Origin: Opitutales bacterium
GTDB lineage: Bacteria > Verrucomicrobiota > Verrucomicrobiia > Opitutales > UBA953
Assembly (NCBI GenBank): GCA_040398005.1
Contig: JBBAUX010000003.1
Span: forward strand, 21,855-85,854
DNA: 64,000 bases
Direction of reading: 5' to 3'
A program made the translations under genes and the position numbers. Under the pieces are notes generated by a model. It was not told the origin of the DNA and did not search any database. It was given only the letters and a program-made list of their open reading frames with translations. Positions 50,821 to 60,146 of this stretch are shown here, piece after piece. Position 1 is the stretch's first letter; each line of letters begins with the position of its first letter.

Positions 50821-51619
50821 CACCCTCCTCTCCGCCTTTCAGGAAGATTTTTTTCTCCGTGCCCTGCTCGCTTTATTTTTAAGCGGAATCTCCGCCGCCT
50901 GCCTAGGTTCTTATATTGTTTTAAGACGAATGTCGTTCATCAGCACCGCCATGACTCATTCGGTTTTACCAGGCGTCGTGGGGGCGGTTCTGCTTGGATT
51001 TTCTGCTTATTGGGGTGCGCTCATTGCCGCATTACTCACCGCCGCGGGGATCGCCTGGATTTCATCGCGCAAGGGAAGTAGCGAGGATAGTGCGATTGGC
51101 GTCATGCTGTCGGTGATGTTTGCCCTCGGCATTGCTTTTATGGGCCTGTCCCATTCGTGGCGTGATTTTACCGGACTGCTTTTTGGAAGCATTGTTTCTG
51201 TCAGCGCAGAAGACATTGGGGTGATTTTGGGCACCACGTTGATTGTCCTTTTTTGCCTAAGACTCGTGCATAAGGAATTGGAGCTGGCCTCTTTTAACGA
51301 AGAATATGCTCACCTCTTGGGTGCCAGACCTGGATTACTTAGAGCCGTGCTGCTCATCTTGATTGCCTTAGCGGCCGTGGCTAGCGTGCGCTTAGTGGGA
51401 GCACTCCTGACGACGGCTCTTTTTATTATTCCTTCAACGACCGGTGTTTTAATCGGAAAAAATCTCAAAGAAGTGATGTTCTGGAGCGTGCTCTGTGCCT
51501 GCGGTGGAGGCACCCTTGGTCTCCTCATTTCCTACTCCTTCCAAGGAATTCCTGCGGGTGCGGCCATTGTACTCGGCTGCGCAATTCCCTATTTCGTCGT
51601 CCGAATTAAAAAGGCTTAA
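50813..51619 (+). CDS. Metal ABC transporter permease (ABC-3 family)
   Basis: Polytopic membrane protein of ZnuB/MntB-like length. The ATG at 50813 overlaps the ATPase stop by 8 nt. Confidence 0.85.
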   Translation: MLNTLLSAFQEDFFLRALLALFLSGISAACLGSYIVLRRMSFISTAMTHSVLPGVVGAVLLGFSAYWGALIAALLTAAGIAWISSRKGSSEDSAIGVMLSVMFALGIAFMGLSHSWRDFTGLLFGSIVSVSAEDIGVILGTTLIVLFCLRLVHKELELASFNEEYAHLLGARPGLLRAVLLILIALAAVASVRLVGALLTTALFIIPSTTGVLIGKNLKEVMFWSVLCACGGGTLGLLISYSFQGIPAGAAIVLGCAIPYFVVRIKKA

Positions 51620-51936
51620 AGACGGGGCGAAGAAGAATCTTCTGAACCCGCTGGCGAACCACTCTCACCGCGGAATTCGTCCCGGGAAGAACGGTCTCTT
51701 GGATAGTCAGAACCGCGTTCACCCCTATGAGATGAACGCGAAGAGGAGGAATGTCTGGAACGACGAGAAGAACGACCCGATGAATGACGAGAAAAACCGC
51801 GACTTTGGCGTGATCCACTGCGGCGTAAATGGCGGCTGCGACGTTCACGTTTTGAGAGCATCCAACTTCTAAAACCAAATACGACGGCCATGGTGACGGC
51901 AGCGAAGGCTAACATATAAGGGAGAACGCTTTCCAT
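51616..51936 (-). CDS. Hypothetical membrane-anchored Arg/Ser-rich small protein (106 aa)
   Basis: One N-terminal TM helix (VLPYMLAFAAVTMAVVFGFRSWML) followed by a low-complexity RS/RH tail of about 75 aa. Other frames are also open here, so the coding status is uncertain. Confidence 0.4.
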   Translation of the reverse strand: MESVLPYMLAFAAVTMAVVFGFRSWMLSKRERRSRHLRRSGSRQSRGFSRHSSGRSSRRSRHSSSSRSSHRGERGSDYPRDRSSRDEFRGESGSPAGSEDSSSPRL

Positions 51937-52127
51937 GCTTCGACGTTAGCACAATTATTTCTATTTTGCAAACAACCAATCGATATTAGAGGGTGAATCT
52001 GTAAAAAATAGGCATGATAAGGGGGGCACGACCGACGTATGACATGCAGCCATGATGAACAAGGCGTCAGACCAGTTTAACGGGTGACCTAAATAATAAT
52101 TCCTAGATAATTCTATTAAAACTTTAC

Positions 52128-52133
52128 TATAAT
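52128..52133 (+). promoter_or_regulatory. Candidate -10 box (TATAAT) for the 173-aa HTH gene
   Basis: A perfect TATAAT lies 35 nt upstream of the ATG at 52168, within the AT-rich part of a 231-nt gap. There is no good -35 hexamer at 16-18 nt spacing. Confidence 0.25.
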
Positions 52134-52167
52134 TTTTTGGTGAGTAGTTTTTAGTCGGTATATATTC

Positions 52168-52689
52168 ATGGCTAAAAAATCACCGCAGCAGAGAAATTCC
52201 CATACCAAAGAATCGCACCTCGTCATCCAAGACGCCCTTTTACATGTCGTAAAATCAAGTACTTCGAAAAAGAAAACTCAGTTGGAAGTGCATCGCGAAA
52301 TCGCCAAGTCGCTCAATATTTCTACCGCCATGTTATACAAGTGGCGCGAGCAACCCCACAAGGGTTCTGGTCACCCCAACCCCTTGGATCGTGTCGCCAC
52401 GCTGATTAGTGCGACGGGCGATGAGCGGATTGTCGACTGGCTGGCCCATAAATTAGGCGGGCACTTTATTCGCGATGAAGTACACGGTGCGTCCCCCGAA
52501 CTTTTCCGTGCTTCCAATGCACTCATTAAAGATTTTAGTCTCTTAGTCACCGAATTGGCCAATGCCTGTGATGACCAACAGATTTCCCCCGCTGAGTCCG
52601 TGGGTTTACGCGAAAAATGGAATTCACTAAGAAAACGGGCGGAGGGTTTTGTTCGGGCCTGTGAAAAAGGCACCTACGGGGCTAAGTAA
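52168..52689 (+). CDS. Putative HTH regulatory protein (phage CII/CP76-like layout)
   Basis: HTH-like segment QLEVHREIAKSLNISTAMLYKWRE and a helical C-terminus. The family assignment is tentative. Confidence 0.45.
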   Translation: MAKKSPQQRNSHTKESHLVIQDALLHVVKSSTSKKKTQLEVHREIAKSLNISTAMLYKWREQPHKGSGHPNPLDRVATLISATGDERIVDWLAHKLGGHFIRDEVHGASPELFRASNALIKDFSLLVTELANACDDQQISPAESVGLREKWNSLRKRAEGFVRACEKGTYGAK

Positions 52690-52734
52690 AAAATAGTCTG
52701 TTGCTTCACCCAAGAAGGGTTATGGTTTAACACG

Positions 52735-53313
52735 ATGACCGCTCAACCCGTCCATCTTTATGGAGACCCGGTGCTCCGCGCCCAAGGTGATGTCGTGCGC
52801 GAATTTGGTCCAGCCCTGCGGGCGATTGGTGATGGTATGCTGGCCTCAATGCGCGCCGCCCGCGGAATTGGTTTAGCCGCGCCTCAAGTGGGATTATCCC
52901 TTCAACTTTTTGTCATCGATGTTAAGGACAAAGAAAATCCCTTGATTTTAAACGGTAAAGTCGTCGATCCCGACACCGTCATGCCAATGCTTTTTGCTAA
53001 TGCTACACTCACCATCCCGGCGGGCGAAAAAGAAATTTACACCGAAGGTTGTCTGTCTTTTCCCGGCATCACGGGCGAGGTCGAGCGGGTTGAAAAAACG
53101 ATTGTGCAGTTTAGAGATGCGTCCGGTGCCCCACACACCCTCGAGTGTGCAGGCATCTTAGCTCGATGCGTCCAACATGAACACGACCACTGCCAGGGGG
53201 TTTTATTTATTGATCGAATGACTCGGGCCCATCAGTTGCTCGTTTCCTCTAAAATTAAGAAACTAAAAACAAAGACTCTGGCCGAATTAAAAAAGATTAA
53301 ACCGAAGTCTTAA
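52735..53313 (+). CDS. def: Peptide deformylase
   Basis: Contains GIGLAAPQVG, EGCLSFPG and QHEHDH motifs. Confidence 0.95.
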   Translation: MTAQPVHLYGDPVLRAQGDVVREFGPALRAIGDGMLASMRAARGIGLAAPQVGLSLQLFVIDVKDKENPLILNGKVVDPDTVMPMLFANATLTIPAGEKEIYTEGCLSFPGITGEVERVEKTIVQFRDASGAPHTLECAGILARCVQHEHDHCQGVLFIDRMTRAHQLLVSSKIKKLKTKTLAELKKIKPKS

Positions 53314-53314
53314 T

Positions 53315-54538
53315 TTATTTAGTCGGACGCGTTGCCGGCGCACCCACGGTCTTAGTGGCGTCGCTCGACTTTACCTGTTCTTCTAATTTTATCGAAAGCA
53401 GACCGACTTCAATCACGTCAGAGCCACTAGCCTCACAGGAAATTTTGAAGTTTTTGTTCAAGTCATTACCTTCTAAAGACATAATTTTCCAAGTGGCTAT
53501 AGCACCGTCGAGGCTGGGCGCATCGCCTCCCAAAATATCGACGAGCGATTGGCTCGCACTGACCCCAACTTTACTATCACTTAAACAAAGGTGTTTTAAG
53601 AGCGCATTTCCGAGAAGTGAATTCGGACGAGCGTATGAGACTACCCGATCACCCGAAGATGAAAGACGTGGTAAAAAACTTTTTTCATCACGTAAATTCA
53701 CTGTAGCATTATAAACCTTAGCCACCGACTCGGAGGAATTAAAAGTAGTTAAGTACATTTCTGATCCAATCAGACGCATGGTGTACGCATCGGCCATTCT
53801 TACCATTAACAAGGTGAGACTGTTATCATTCGTGAGACCATAGACCTCAACCCACACCACCGTAGCATTACGCGGAGATGACACTTTCCAATCTTTGGTT
53901 AATTGCGGTGCAGTTGTATCCGAACCGACTTTATAACTATAACCATCCTCGGGCACCGGGGCCAAACCCACGGCGTCAGCCTTCGTCCATGCGGCCCGCA
54001 ATGATTCAGTGACCGCGGGTGCTTTTAGAATCTTTCCGTCATTAAGAACCGTCATCGATCCAATAATGTGATGAACTTTATACCCACCATCGCGGGCAAT
54101 TTTCTGCAAGCGGACCGACGCTAAGTTTAAACAGTAACCCACCTTAAATTGGGTTAAATTATAGGATAAATCTACTGTTTTGTGTAAATCTTTGTGACGC
54201 GCCGTGGCCACGCGACGTAGCCGATCCAAAGTTACTGCAGCCGCCGACACCTGGGCTTTTCCTTCATCAATTATTTTTTGGGCACGCGCTTTAACTTGTT
54301 CAGGTGTTTCCTGAAAAGCTCCTGTCGTCGTGAGGCGTGGGGCGTTTAAAATACTGTTACCTTGTTGCAGACGTTGCTGACCCTTCTCTAATTGTTGTAC
54401 AGCCCTGCCCCATTCCATGACCTCACCCTGATTAGCTTTCAGGTACTGCGGCACTTCCGGATCAGAAATTAAATTAATAGGTGCTGGCGCAGTCTCGGCA
54501 GCAGCAAGAAGAGCGAAGCTAGCAAGGAGTGCGTACAT
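53315..54538 (-). CDS. Secreted protein of unknown function (407 aa), co-oriented 2 nt downstream of ptsH
   Basis: Signal peptide MYALLASFALLAAAETA. I recognise no family motif. Confidence 0.55.
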   Translation of the reverse strand: MYALLASFALLAAAETAPAPINLISDPEVPQYLKANQGEVMEWGRAVQQLEKGQQRLQQGNSILNAPRLTTTGAFQETPEQVKARAQKIIDEGKAQVSAAAVTLDRLRRVATARHKDLHKTVDLSYNLTQFKVGYCLNLASVRLQKIARDGGYKVHHIIGSMTVLNDGKILKAPAVTESLRAAWTKADAVGLAPVPEDGYSYKVGSDTTAPQLTKDWKVSSPRNATVVWVEVYGLTNDNSLTLLMVRMADAYTMRLIGSEMYLTTFNSSESVAKVYNATVNLRDEKSFLPRLSSSGDRVVSYARPNSLLGNALLKHLCLSDSKVGVSASQSLVDILGGDAPSLDGAIATWKIMSLEGNDLNKNFKISCEASGSDVIEVGLLSIKLEEQVKSSDATKTVGAPATRPTK

Positions 54539-54540
54539 TT

Positions 54541-54828
54541 TTAAGACTCGTCGAACTTACGGTTAAAAAGAATTTCCATTTCCTCGAAGAATTGCGCCGA
54601 CTCTTTACCTTTAACCGAAAATTTCAAGCGCGAGCCTTGGCCGGCGGCCAACATCATCAGACCCATAATACTCTTTCCGTTAACTACTTCGTCGTCTTTG
54701 GAAACCGTTATCTCGAGGTCAGCATAACGATTAGCCAGACGAACAATCTGTGCTGACGGACGCGTGTGAATGCCCATTTTATTTTGGACAGTGAATTCGC
54801 GGGCAATAACCTCAGTTTTTTCTTCCAT
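54541..54828 (-). CDS. ptsH: Phosphocarrier protein HPr
   Basis: Active-site GIHTRPS (His-15 equivalent) and regulatory GKSIMG (Ser-46 equivalent). Confidence 0.9.
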   Translation of the reverse strand: MEEKTEVIAREFTVQNKMGIHTRPSAQIVRLANRYADLEITVSKDDEVVNGKSIMGLMMLAAGQGSRLKFSVKGKESAQFFEEMEILFNRKFDES

Positions 54829-54970
54829 GGAATAGGGCGAAGTGGTTGGGGAAAGTATAAAGGAAGGGGCATTGTGAAGGCTAAAGGGTCAAGTCTAAAC
54901 CCCTACTCTGCAGGTTCGCTTGACCTTCCTGTCAAGACTCCTCCAATCATAACCATAAATCTGCACTCCC

Positions 54971-56077
54971 GTGGCCAAGCCCGCTATCATCACCCATCCT
55001 GAATCTCTGAAAAACCCAGCAGGGCCATCGGAGTATTCTAAACACCCGGTCAATACCTCCCTTACTAAAGAAGCTAAGATTGCGCTCTATACCAAAATGG
55101 CACGCATCCGCCATTTTGAACAGCGCTGCATCCGCATCTACCAACAAGGAAAAATTGGCGGCTTCCTCCACCTCTACGTCGGCCAAGAAGCCGTGGCTGC
55201 TGGAACGATTTCACTCTTAGGTAAACACGATCACATCATCACCGGCTATCGCGATCACGGACACGGTCTGATGGTCGGCATGAGCATGAAAGAATGTATG
55301 GCAGAATTAACCGGCAAAGTAACCGGATGCTCCAAAGGTAAGGGCGGCTCGATGCACTACTTTGCTCCTGATAAAAATTATTGGGGCGGTCACGGAATCG
55401 TCGGTGGCCAAGCTCCCCTCGGAACCGGACTCGCTTACGCCGTAAAATACCGCGGAGAAAAAGGTTCATGCTTCACCTACATGGGTGATGGTGCCGTCAA
55501 CCAAGGGGCGGTCCACGAAGCTTATAACTTAGCCTCACTCTGGGACCTGCCGGTTGTTTTCGTCGTCGAAAATAATGGCTACTCGATGGGCACATCCCAA
55601 GAACGCTCCACCGCACACCCGGGTTGCTTAGCTAAACGCGCCGAAGGTTACAACATGGCCTGGGATATGATTAACGGCCATGATGTTTACGAAGTGCGTG
55701 CGAAAACAGCCGCCGCCTTAAAACGCGCCCACGAAGAATCTAAGCCCACCGTTTTAGAAATTTTCACCTATCGCTATTTCGGTCACTCCATGGCCGACCC
55801 CGATAAAACTTATCGCGATAAAGAAGAAATCAAAGACTACCGTGATAAAAAAGATCCGGTGCTTCTCTTTGAACAAGAATTACTCGGTGAAAAAGTTCTG
55901 ACTGCTGAACTCGTTGAATCGATCAACGCCGCCGCCATGGAAGAAGCCGATGCTGCGGCGGTCTTCGCTGATGAATCACCCGAGCCAACTTTTTCCGACA
56001 TCACCAAACATATTTATTGGGAAGAAGATAATCGCGGCAAAAACACCACTAGCAGTGGAACCATTATTTTTGAATAA
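54971..56077 (+). CDS. pdhA: Pyruvate dehydrogenase E1 component alpha subunit
   Basis: ThDP-binding YMGDGAVNQG...VVENNGY and phosphorylation-loop-like YRYFGHSMADP. The start is GTG. Confidence 0.9.
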   Translation: MAKPAIITHPESLKNPAGPSEYSKHPVNTSLTKEAKIALYTKMARIRHFEQRCIRIYQQGKIGGFLHLYVGQEAVAAGTISLLGKHDHIITGYRDHGHGLMVGMSMKECMAELTGKVTGCSKGKGGSMHYFAPDKNYWGGHGIVGGQAPLGTGLAYAVKYRGEKGSCFTYMGDGAVNQGAVHEAYNLASLWDLPVVFVVENNGYSMGTSQERSTAHPGCLAKRAEGYNMAWDMINGHDVYEVRAKTAAALKRAHEESKPTVLEIFTYRYFGHSMADPDKTYRDKEEIKDYRDKKDPVLLFEQELLGEKVLTAELVESINAAAMEEADAAAVFADESPEPTFSDITKHIYWEEDNRGKNTTSSGTIIFE

Positions 56078-56085
56078 TTAATTTC

Positions 56086-57063
56086 ATGCCCATTATTTCC
56101 TACAGAGAAGCGCTTCGAGCCGCCATGCGCGATGAATTAAAGCGCGATGAGAACGTTGTTATCATGGGCGAAGAAGTGGCTCAATTCAACGGAGCTTATA
56201 AAATCACCGAAGGCTTACTCAAAGAGTTTGGCCCTAAGCGCGTGGTGGATACCCCCATTTCTGAAGCGGGCTTCATCGGCCTTGGCATCGGTGCATCCAT
56301 GTTAGGCATTCGTCCTGTCATGGAATTGATGTTCTGGTCCTTCTCTTACGTCGCCTTCGACCAAATTGTAAACAACGCCGGCAACATTCGCTACATGTCT
56401 GGCGGACTCATTAATTGTCCGATTGTCATTCGTGGACCCGCCAACGGCGGAACCAACGTCGGGGCTACCCACTCACACACGCCTGAAGCCATTCTCGCTT
56501 CCCACCCTGGAATCAAAGTAGTTTGCCCAGCCACTCCGTACGACGCCAAGGGATTATTAAAAGCGGCCATCCGCGATAACGATCCGGTGTACGTCATGGA
56601 AAATACTATTCTTTATAATGATAAGGGCGAAGTGCCCGACGAAGATTATATCGTCCCCATCGGCGTTGCAGACATTAAACGCGTAGGCACCGATCTCACC
56701 ATCGTCGCCCACGGTCGTGCCGTCATCACCTCACTCAAAGCCGCTGAGATTCTTGAAAGAGAGCACGGCGTCAGTGTTGAAGTGGTTGACCTACGTTCCA
56801 TTCGTCCGCTCGACGAAGAAACGATTCTCGCTTCCGTCCGCAAAACTCACCGCGCACTCCTCGTTGAAGAAAATAAACCCTTCTGCGGAGTCGACGCCCA
56901 AGTAGCCTATTTAATTCAAGCCCGTGCATTCGATGAATTGGACGCTCCCATCGGTCGAGTTTCCTCCATCGACGCTCCCCAAATTTATTCCAAGAAATTA
57001 GAGGACTTACAACTTCCCTATCCCGCTCGCGTGGTTGAAGCTGCCCTCAAAGTTCTCGCCTAA
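56086..57063 (+). CDS. pdhB: Pyruvate dehydrogenase E1 component beta subunit
   Basis: Contains VIMGEEVAQFNGAYK, DTPISEAGF and a transketolase C-terminal-like domain. Confidence 0.9.
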   Translation: MPIISYREALRAAMRDELKRDENVVIMGEEVAQFNGAYKITEGLLKEFGPKRVVDTPISEAGFIGLGIGASMLGIRPVMELMFWSFSYVAFDQIVNNAGNIRYMSGGLINCPIVIRGPANGGTNVGATHSHTPEAILASHPGIKVVCPATPYDAKGLLKAAIRDNDPVYVMENTILYNDKGEVPDEDYIVPIGVADIKRVGTDLTIVAHGRAVITSLKAAEILEREHGVSVEVVDLRSIRPLDEETILASVRKTHRALLVEENKPFCGVDAQVAYLIQARAFDELDAPIGRVSSIDAPQIYSKKLEDLQLPYPARVVEAALKVLA

Positions 57064-57083
57064 TTTTCTAACACACTTCCACC

Positions 57084-58364
57084 ATGGCTGAAATTATTGA
57101 TATGCCCAAACTTTCCGACACGATGTCGGTGGGTACACTTGTTAAATGGAATATTAAAGAAGGCCAAGTGGTGGTCTTCGGAGATATCCTCGCGGAAATC
57201 GAAACGGATAAAGCGACTATGGAACTTTCCTGCACCGTTCCGGGAACCATCTTAAAAATTTACGCACCCACTGGAGCGCAACTTCCCGTCGGTGATCCTA
57301 TTTGTGCGATTGGTAAAAAGGGTGAAGTCGCTCCCGATCCCAAAGCAAAAGCTCCCGCAGCGAAATCAGCTCTAGCGATTCCCGAGTCCGCCGGCATTCC
57401 TTGCATTCCTGAAGCTCCTAAATCTTCAAACGCCCCTACCCCTGCGCAAACCGACGGTAGTCGTACAATCATTTCCCCTTACGCCAAACGTATGGCAGAA
57501 AAAGCAGCGATTAATGCCGCTTCCCTTTCTGGAACTGGCCCAGGAGGTCGCATCGTCGCTCGTGATGTTGCAGCCGCAGGCTCAACACCCGCTACTCCCG
57601 CCGCACCAGCCGGCCCAATGAATGTTGCCGTAACTCCTCCAGCGGACGGCAAAGGAATTCAAGCCGATGCGGATCAACCTGTCAGCGGAATGCGTGCCAC
57701 GATTGCACGTCGCTTAGTAGAATCTAAAAACACCGTTCCTCACTTCTACCTCGAAGTTGAAGTGGACGCCGCTCCGCTTTTAGCGATGCGCGAAACTTTA
57801 AATAAACGTCTCGCCGAAGCCGCTGGTGAATCCGCTCTAAAACTTTCCGTAAATGATTTCATCTTAAAAGCATCGGCCGAAGCATTGCGTAAAATTCCTG
57901 CCGTCAACGCTTCATGGGCTGGCACCAGTATTCGCCAGCACTCCGCCGTTCACTTGGCCTTTGGCGTCGCCCTCGAAGACGGCTTAGTCACTCCCGTCAT
58001 TCGCGATGCTCACTCGAAGTCGCTTAAAGAAATCGCGCTCGATGCGAAAGCACTCATCAACAAAGCCCGTGCGAAGAAGCTTTCGCCCGCTGAAATGTCC
58101 GGCTCCACCTTCACCGTAACGAATCTCGGGATGTACGGCGTCACTGGATTCTTCGGCATCATCAATACGCCGAACGCGGCCATTTTATCCGTCGGTGCTA
58201 CCATTAAGAAGCCCGTGGTTGATGCTTCTGACCGCATCGTGATGGGCCAGCGCATGATCATCGGTCTATCCGGAGATCACCGCGTGGTCGACGGAGCTAA
58301 TGGTGCACAATTCCTCCAAGCGTTAAAACAGATCATCGAAGCCCCTACTTCGATTTTAATCTAG
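57084..58364 (+). CDS. pdhC: Dihydrolipoamide acetyltransferase (E2), single lipoyl domain
   Basis: Lipoyl motif EIETDKATME, a PSBD segment (ISPYAKRMA), and a catalytic DHRVVDGA motif. Confidence 0.9.
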   Translation: MAEIIDMPKLSDTMSVGTLVKWNIKEGQVVVFGDILAEIETDKATMELSCTVPGTILKIYAPTGAQLPVGDPICAIGKKGEVAPDPKAKAPAAKSALAIPESAGIPCIPEAPKSSNAPTPAQTDGSRTIISPYAKRMAEKAAINAASLSGTGPGGRIVARDVAAAGSTPATPAAPAGPMNVAVTPPADGKGIQADADQPVSGMRATIARRLVESKNTVPHFYLEVEVDAAPLLAMRETLNKRLAEAAGESALKLSVNDFILKASAEALRKIPAVNASWAGTSIRQHSAVHLAFGVALEDGLVTPVIRDAHSKSLKEIALDAKALINKARAKKLSPAEMSGSTFTVTNLGMYGVTGFFGIINTPNAAILSVGATIKKPVVDASDRIVMGQRMIIGLSGDHRVVDGANGAQFLQALKQIIEAPTSILI

Positions 58365-58383
58365 TTTTAGTTTAACTTCTTAT

Positions 58384-58420
58384 AAGCCCAGAGTGCTCAA
58401 GCATTCTGGGCTTATTTTTT
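58384..58420 (+). terminator. Rho-independent terminator after pdhC
   Basis: A 13-bp stem, aagcccagagtgc / gcattctgggctt (one G-U pair), with loop tcaa, followed by attttttt. Confidence 0.7.
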
Positions 58421-59120
58421 AGAAAAGTTTTATGGATGATAAACCGCCGTCGACGTGGATAATTTGCCCACTCATAAAACGCGCGGCATCCGAAAGTAAA
58501 AATTCGACAATTTCCGAAAACTCGGCCGACGAACCAATGCGCTGCAACGGGTGACGTTTCGCCGAAGCTTCTTTCTTTAAATCAGAATTAAGTAATGCCG
58601 CGGCCAAAGGTGTATCGGTGAGTGAGGGAGCAATCGCATTTACCCTAATTACTGGTGCCCACTCGGCAGCTAGACTTCGGATCAATCCTTCCACCGCGCC
58701 TTTGGCCGACGCAATACTGGCGTGCATCGGCATGCCTTGCGATACCGCGACTGTTGAAAATAAAATAACAGATGCATTGCCCGAAGCTTTGAGAGCAGGG
58801 AGTGCTGACTGTAGTGCAGCAACGGCACCCAATAAATTTACTTGGAAATCTTTTTGAAAATCTTCCGCCGTTAAACGGTGAAAAGGTTTTAGCTGAATTG
58901 TGCCTGGAAAATAAACTAGGCCATCTAGTTTCTCGGGCCACACCAACGAACCGGGCGCATTGGCCTCGAACACTTGTGCAGAGATACCTGAATCAGCCAA
59001 TCTCTCCGGCGAGCGACAGGCCACGTGCAAAATGTATCCCTTGGATTTAAGGTGATCGATGGTGGCACGACCGATACCCGACGTTCCGCCAATAATTGCA
59101 ATGTGCTTAGACATAGGCAT
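58419..59120 (-). CDS. SDR-family oxidoreductase
   Basis: Begins IAIIGGTSGIGRA (TGxxxGxG). The catalytic region has ASIASAKGA in the YxxxK position, with the catalytic Tyr replaced by Ala, so I do not read a canonical YxxxK. 233 aa. Confidence 0.8.
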   Translation of the reverse strand: MPMSKHIAIIGGTSGIGRATIDHLKSKGYILHVACRSPERLADSGISAQVFEANAPGSLVWPEKLDGLVYFPGTIQLKPFHRLTAEDFQKDFQVNLLGAVAALQSALPALKASGNASVILFSTVAVSQGMPMHASIASAKGAVEGLIRSLAAEWAPVIRVNAIAPSLTDTPLAAALLNSDLKKEASAKRHPLQRIGSSAEFSEIVEFLLSDAARFMSGQIIHVDGGLSSIKLF

Positions 59121-59174
59121 AGGATTGCCAGCCTTGTTCCTAGGTCAAACAACCAGCGTCATTTTCTAAAAAGA

Positions 59175-60146
59175 TTATTTACGAACGGGCTTCTTATCTT
59201 GGTTTGCAGCGAGTTCGTCCTCTGAAAATTTGGTGACTACACCACCAGCCGGAACCTCGGCCTTTGCGGTCCAGATAATCGCATTAAGAACTAACATGCG
59301 CTGATTATCGTTGGCCCAACCTGAATGATAATGCCCACCGCAAAAGCCGAAACCGCGTCCACCATCATTTCTACTCACCGCCCACGCAACAATCTGGGGC
59401 TTCTTTTCTTCTAATACCTCTCGGCGAACATCAGGATTGCCGACATAGGGTCCGTCCTGAGAACTCATCATTTCAGAGGGTACGTTAGAGATAAGAATGG
59501 GCGTAACTCCCTCCATCTTATCTTTAAAGCGCATATGAAAATACCACTCGTCTTGGGAGTTAAACGATTTCACTCCGCGACTAATGGGGTGATCGGGTAA
59601 TGATTTAAAATCCGCCGTCCAATGCGGGTTCACAGAATAATATGATTCAAAGTAACCGCCGAGCCAGTCTTTGAATTCCTTTGCTCCTTTGCCTACAGAA
59701 AATCGTCCCGCGGGCGGCGGACTCACGGGTTTGCCGTCCACACTCAACCAACCCGCGCGTTCGTAAGCAGGCTCTACCGCATAGTGAAGACAAACGAAGC
59801 CACAACCGGCAGACATCTTCTTGGCTAGTTGATCGAGATGAGGGAGCGCGGGATGTTTTTTGCCACCATCAGAATAAATCACAATCGTGTCCGCCGCGGC
59901 GATTTGTTCATCAGATGGCCATTCACCGTTTAACGAAAAACTGACCTTAACTAAATCGGGCACCGCTTGTTTTAAACCAGCGGCGAGGAGTTGGATGCCG
60001 GCATTATGTTCATGTTCTCCGGGGCCATGACTCGGCGATCCCGCAATAAGCAGAACATTCTTTTTGTCTGCAGCACACAGCACAGTGGCGAGTGAAACTG
60101 AAACAATTAAAAGAAACAGGCGCACAAAACTATTTCGTTCGACCAA
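59175..60146 (-). CDS. Secreted ThuA-domain protein
   Basis: Has a signal peptide and ThuA-like segments (VLLIAG, DTIVIYSDGG, GFVCLHYA, GGYFE). The call is moderately confident. Confidence 0.55.
   Translation of the reverse strand: MVERNSFVRLFLLIVSVSLATVLCAADKKNVLLIAGSPSHGPGEHEHNAGIQLLAAGLKQAVPDLVKVSFSLNGEWPSDEQIAAADTIVIYSDGGKKHPALPHLDQLAKKMSAGCGFVCLHYAVEPAYERAGWLSVDGKPVSPPPAGRFSVGKGAKEFKDWLGGYFESYYSVNPHWTADFKSLPDHPISRGVKSFNSQDEWYFHMRFKDKMEGVTPILISNVPSEMMSSQDGPYVGNPDVRREVLEEKKPQIVAWAVSRNDGGRGFGFCGGHYHSGWANDNQRMLVLNAIIWTAKAEVPAGGVVTKFSEDELAANQDKKPVRK

Noticed and set aside
51495-51878. Alternative ORFs over the Arg/Ser-rich region (51495-51872 plus, 125 aa; 51606-51878 minus, 90 aa).
   Set aside because: The plus-strand ORF mostly overlaps the well-supported ABC-3 permease in another frame. 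The 90-aa minus ORF has neither a hydrophobic anchor nor a sensible start context. Both are explained by the codon-repeat composition. I kept only the TM-plus-RS-tail frame, and at low confidence.
54886-54925. A weak inverted repeat, ggtcaag...cttgacc (25-nt spacer), in the ptsH/pdhA divergent region.
   Set aside because: The stem is only 7 bp, the loop is long, and there is no flanking U-tract. It is indistinguishable from chance.
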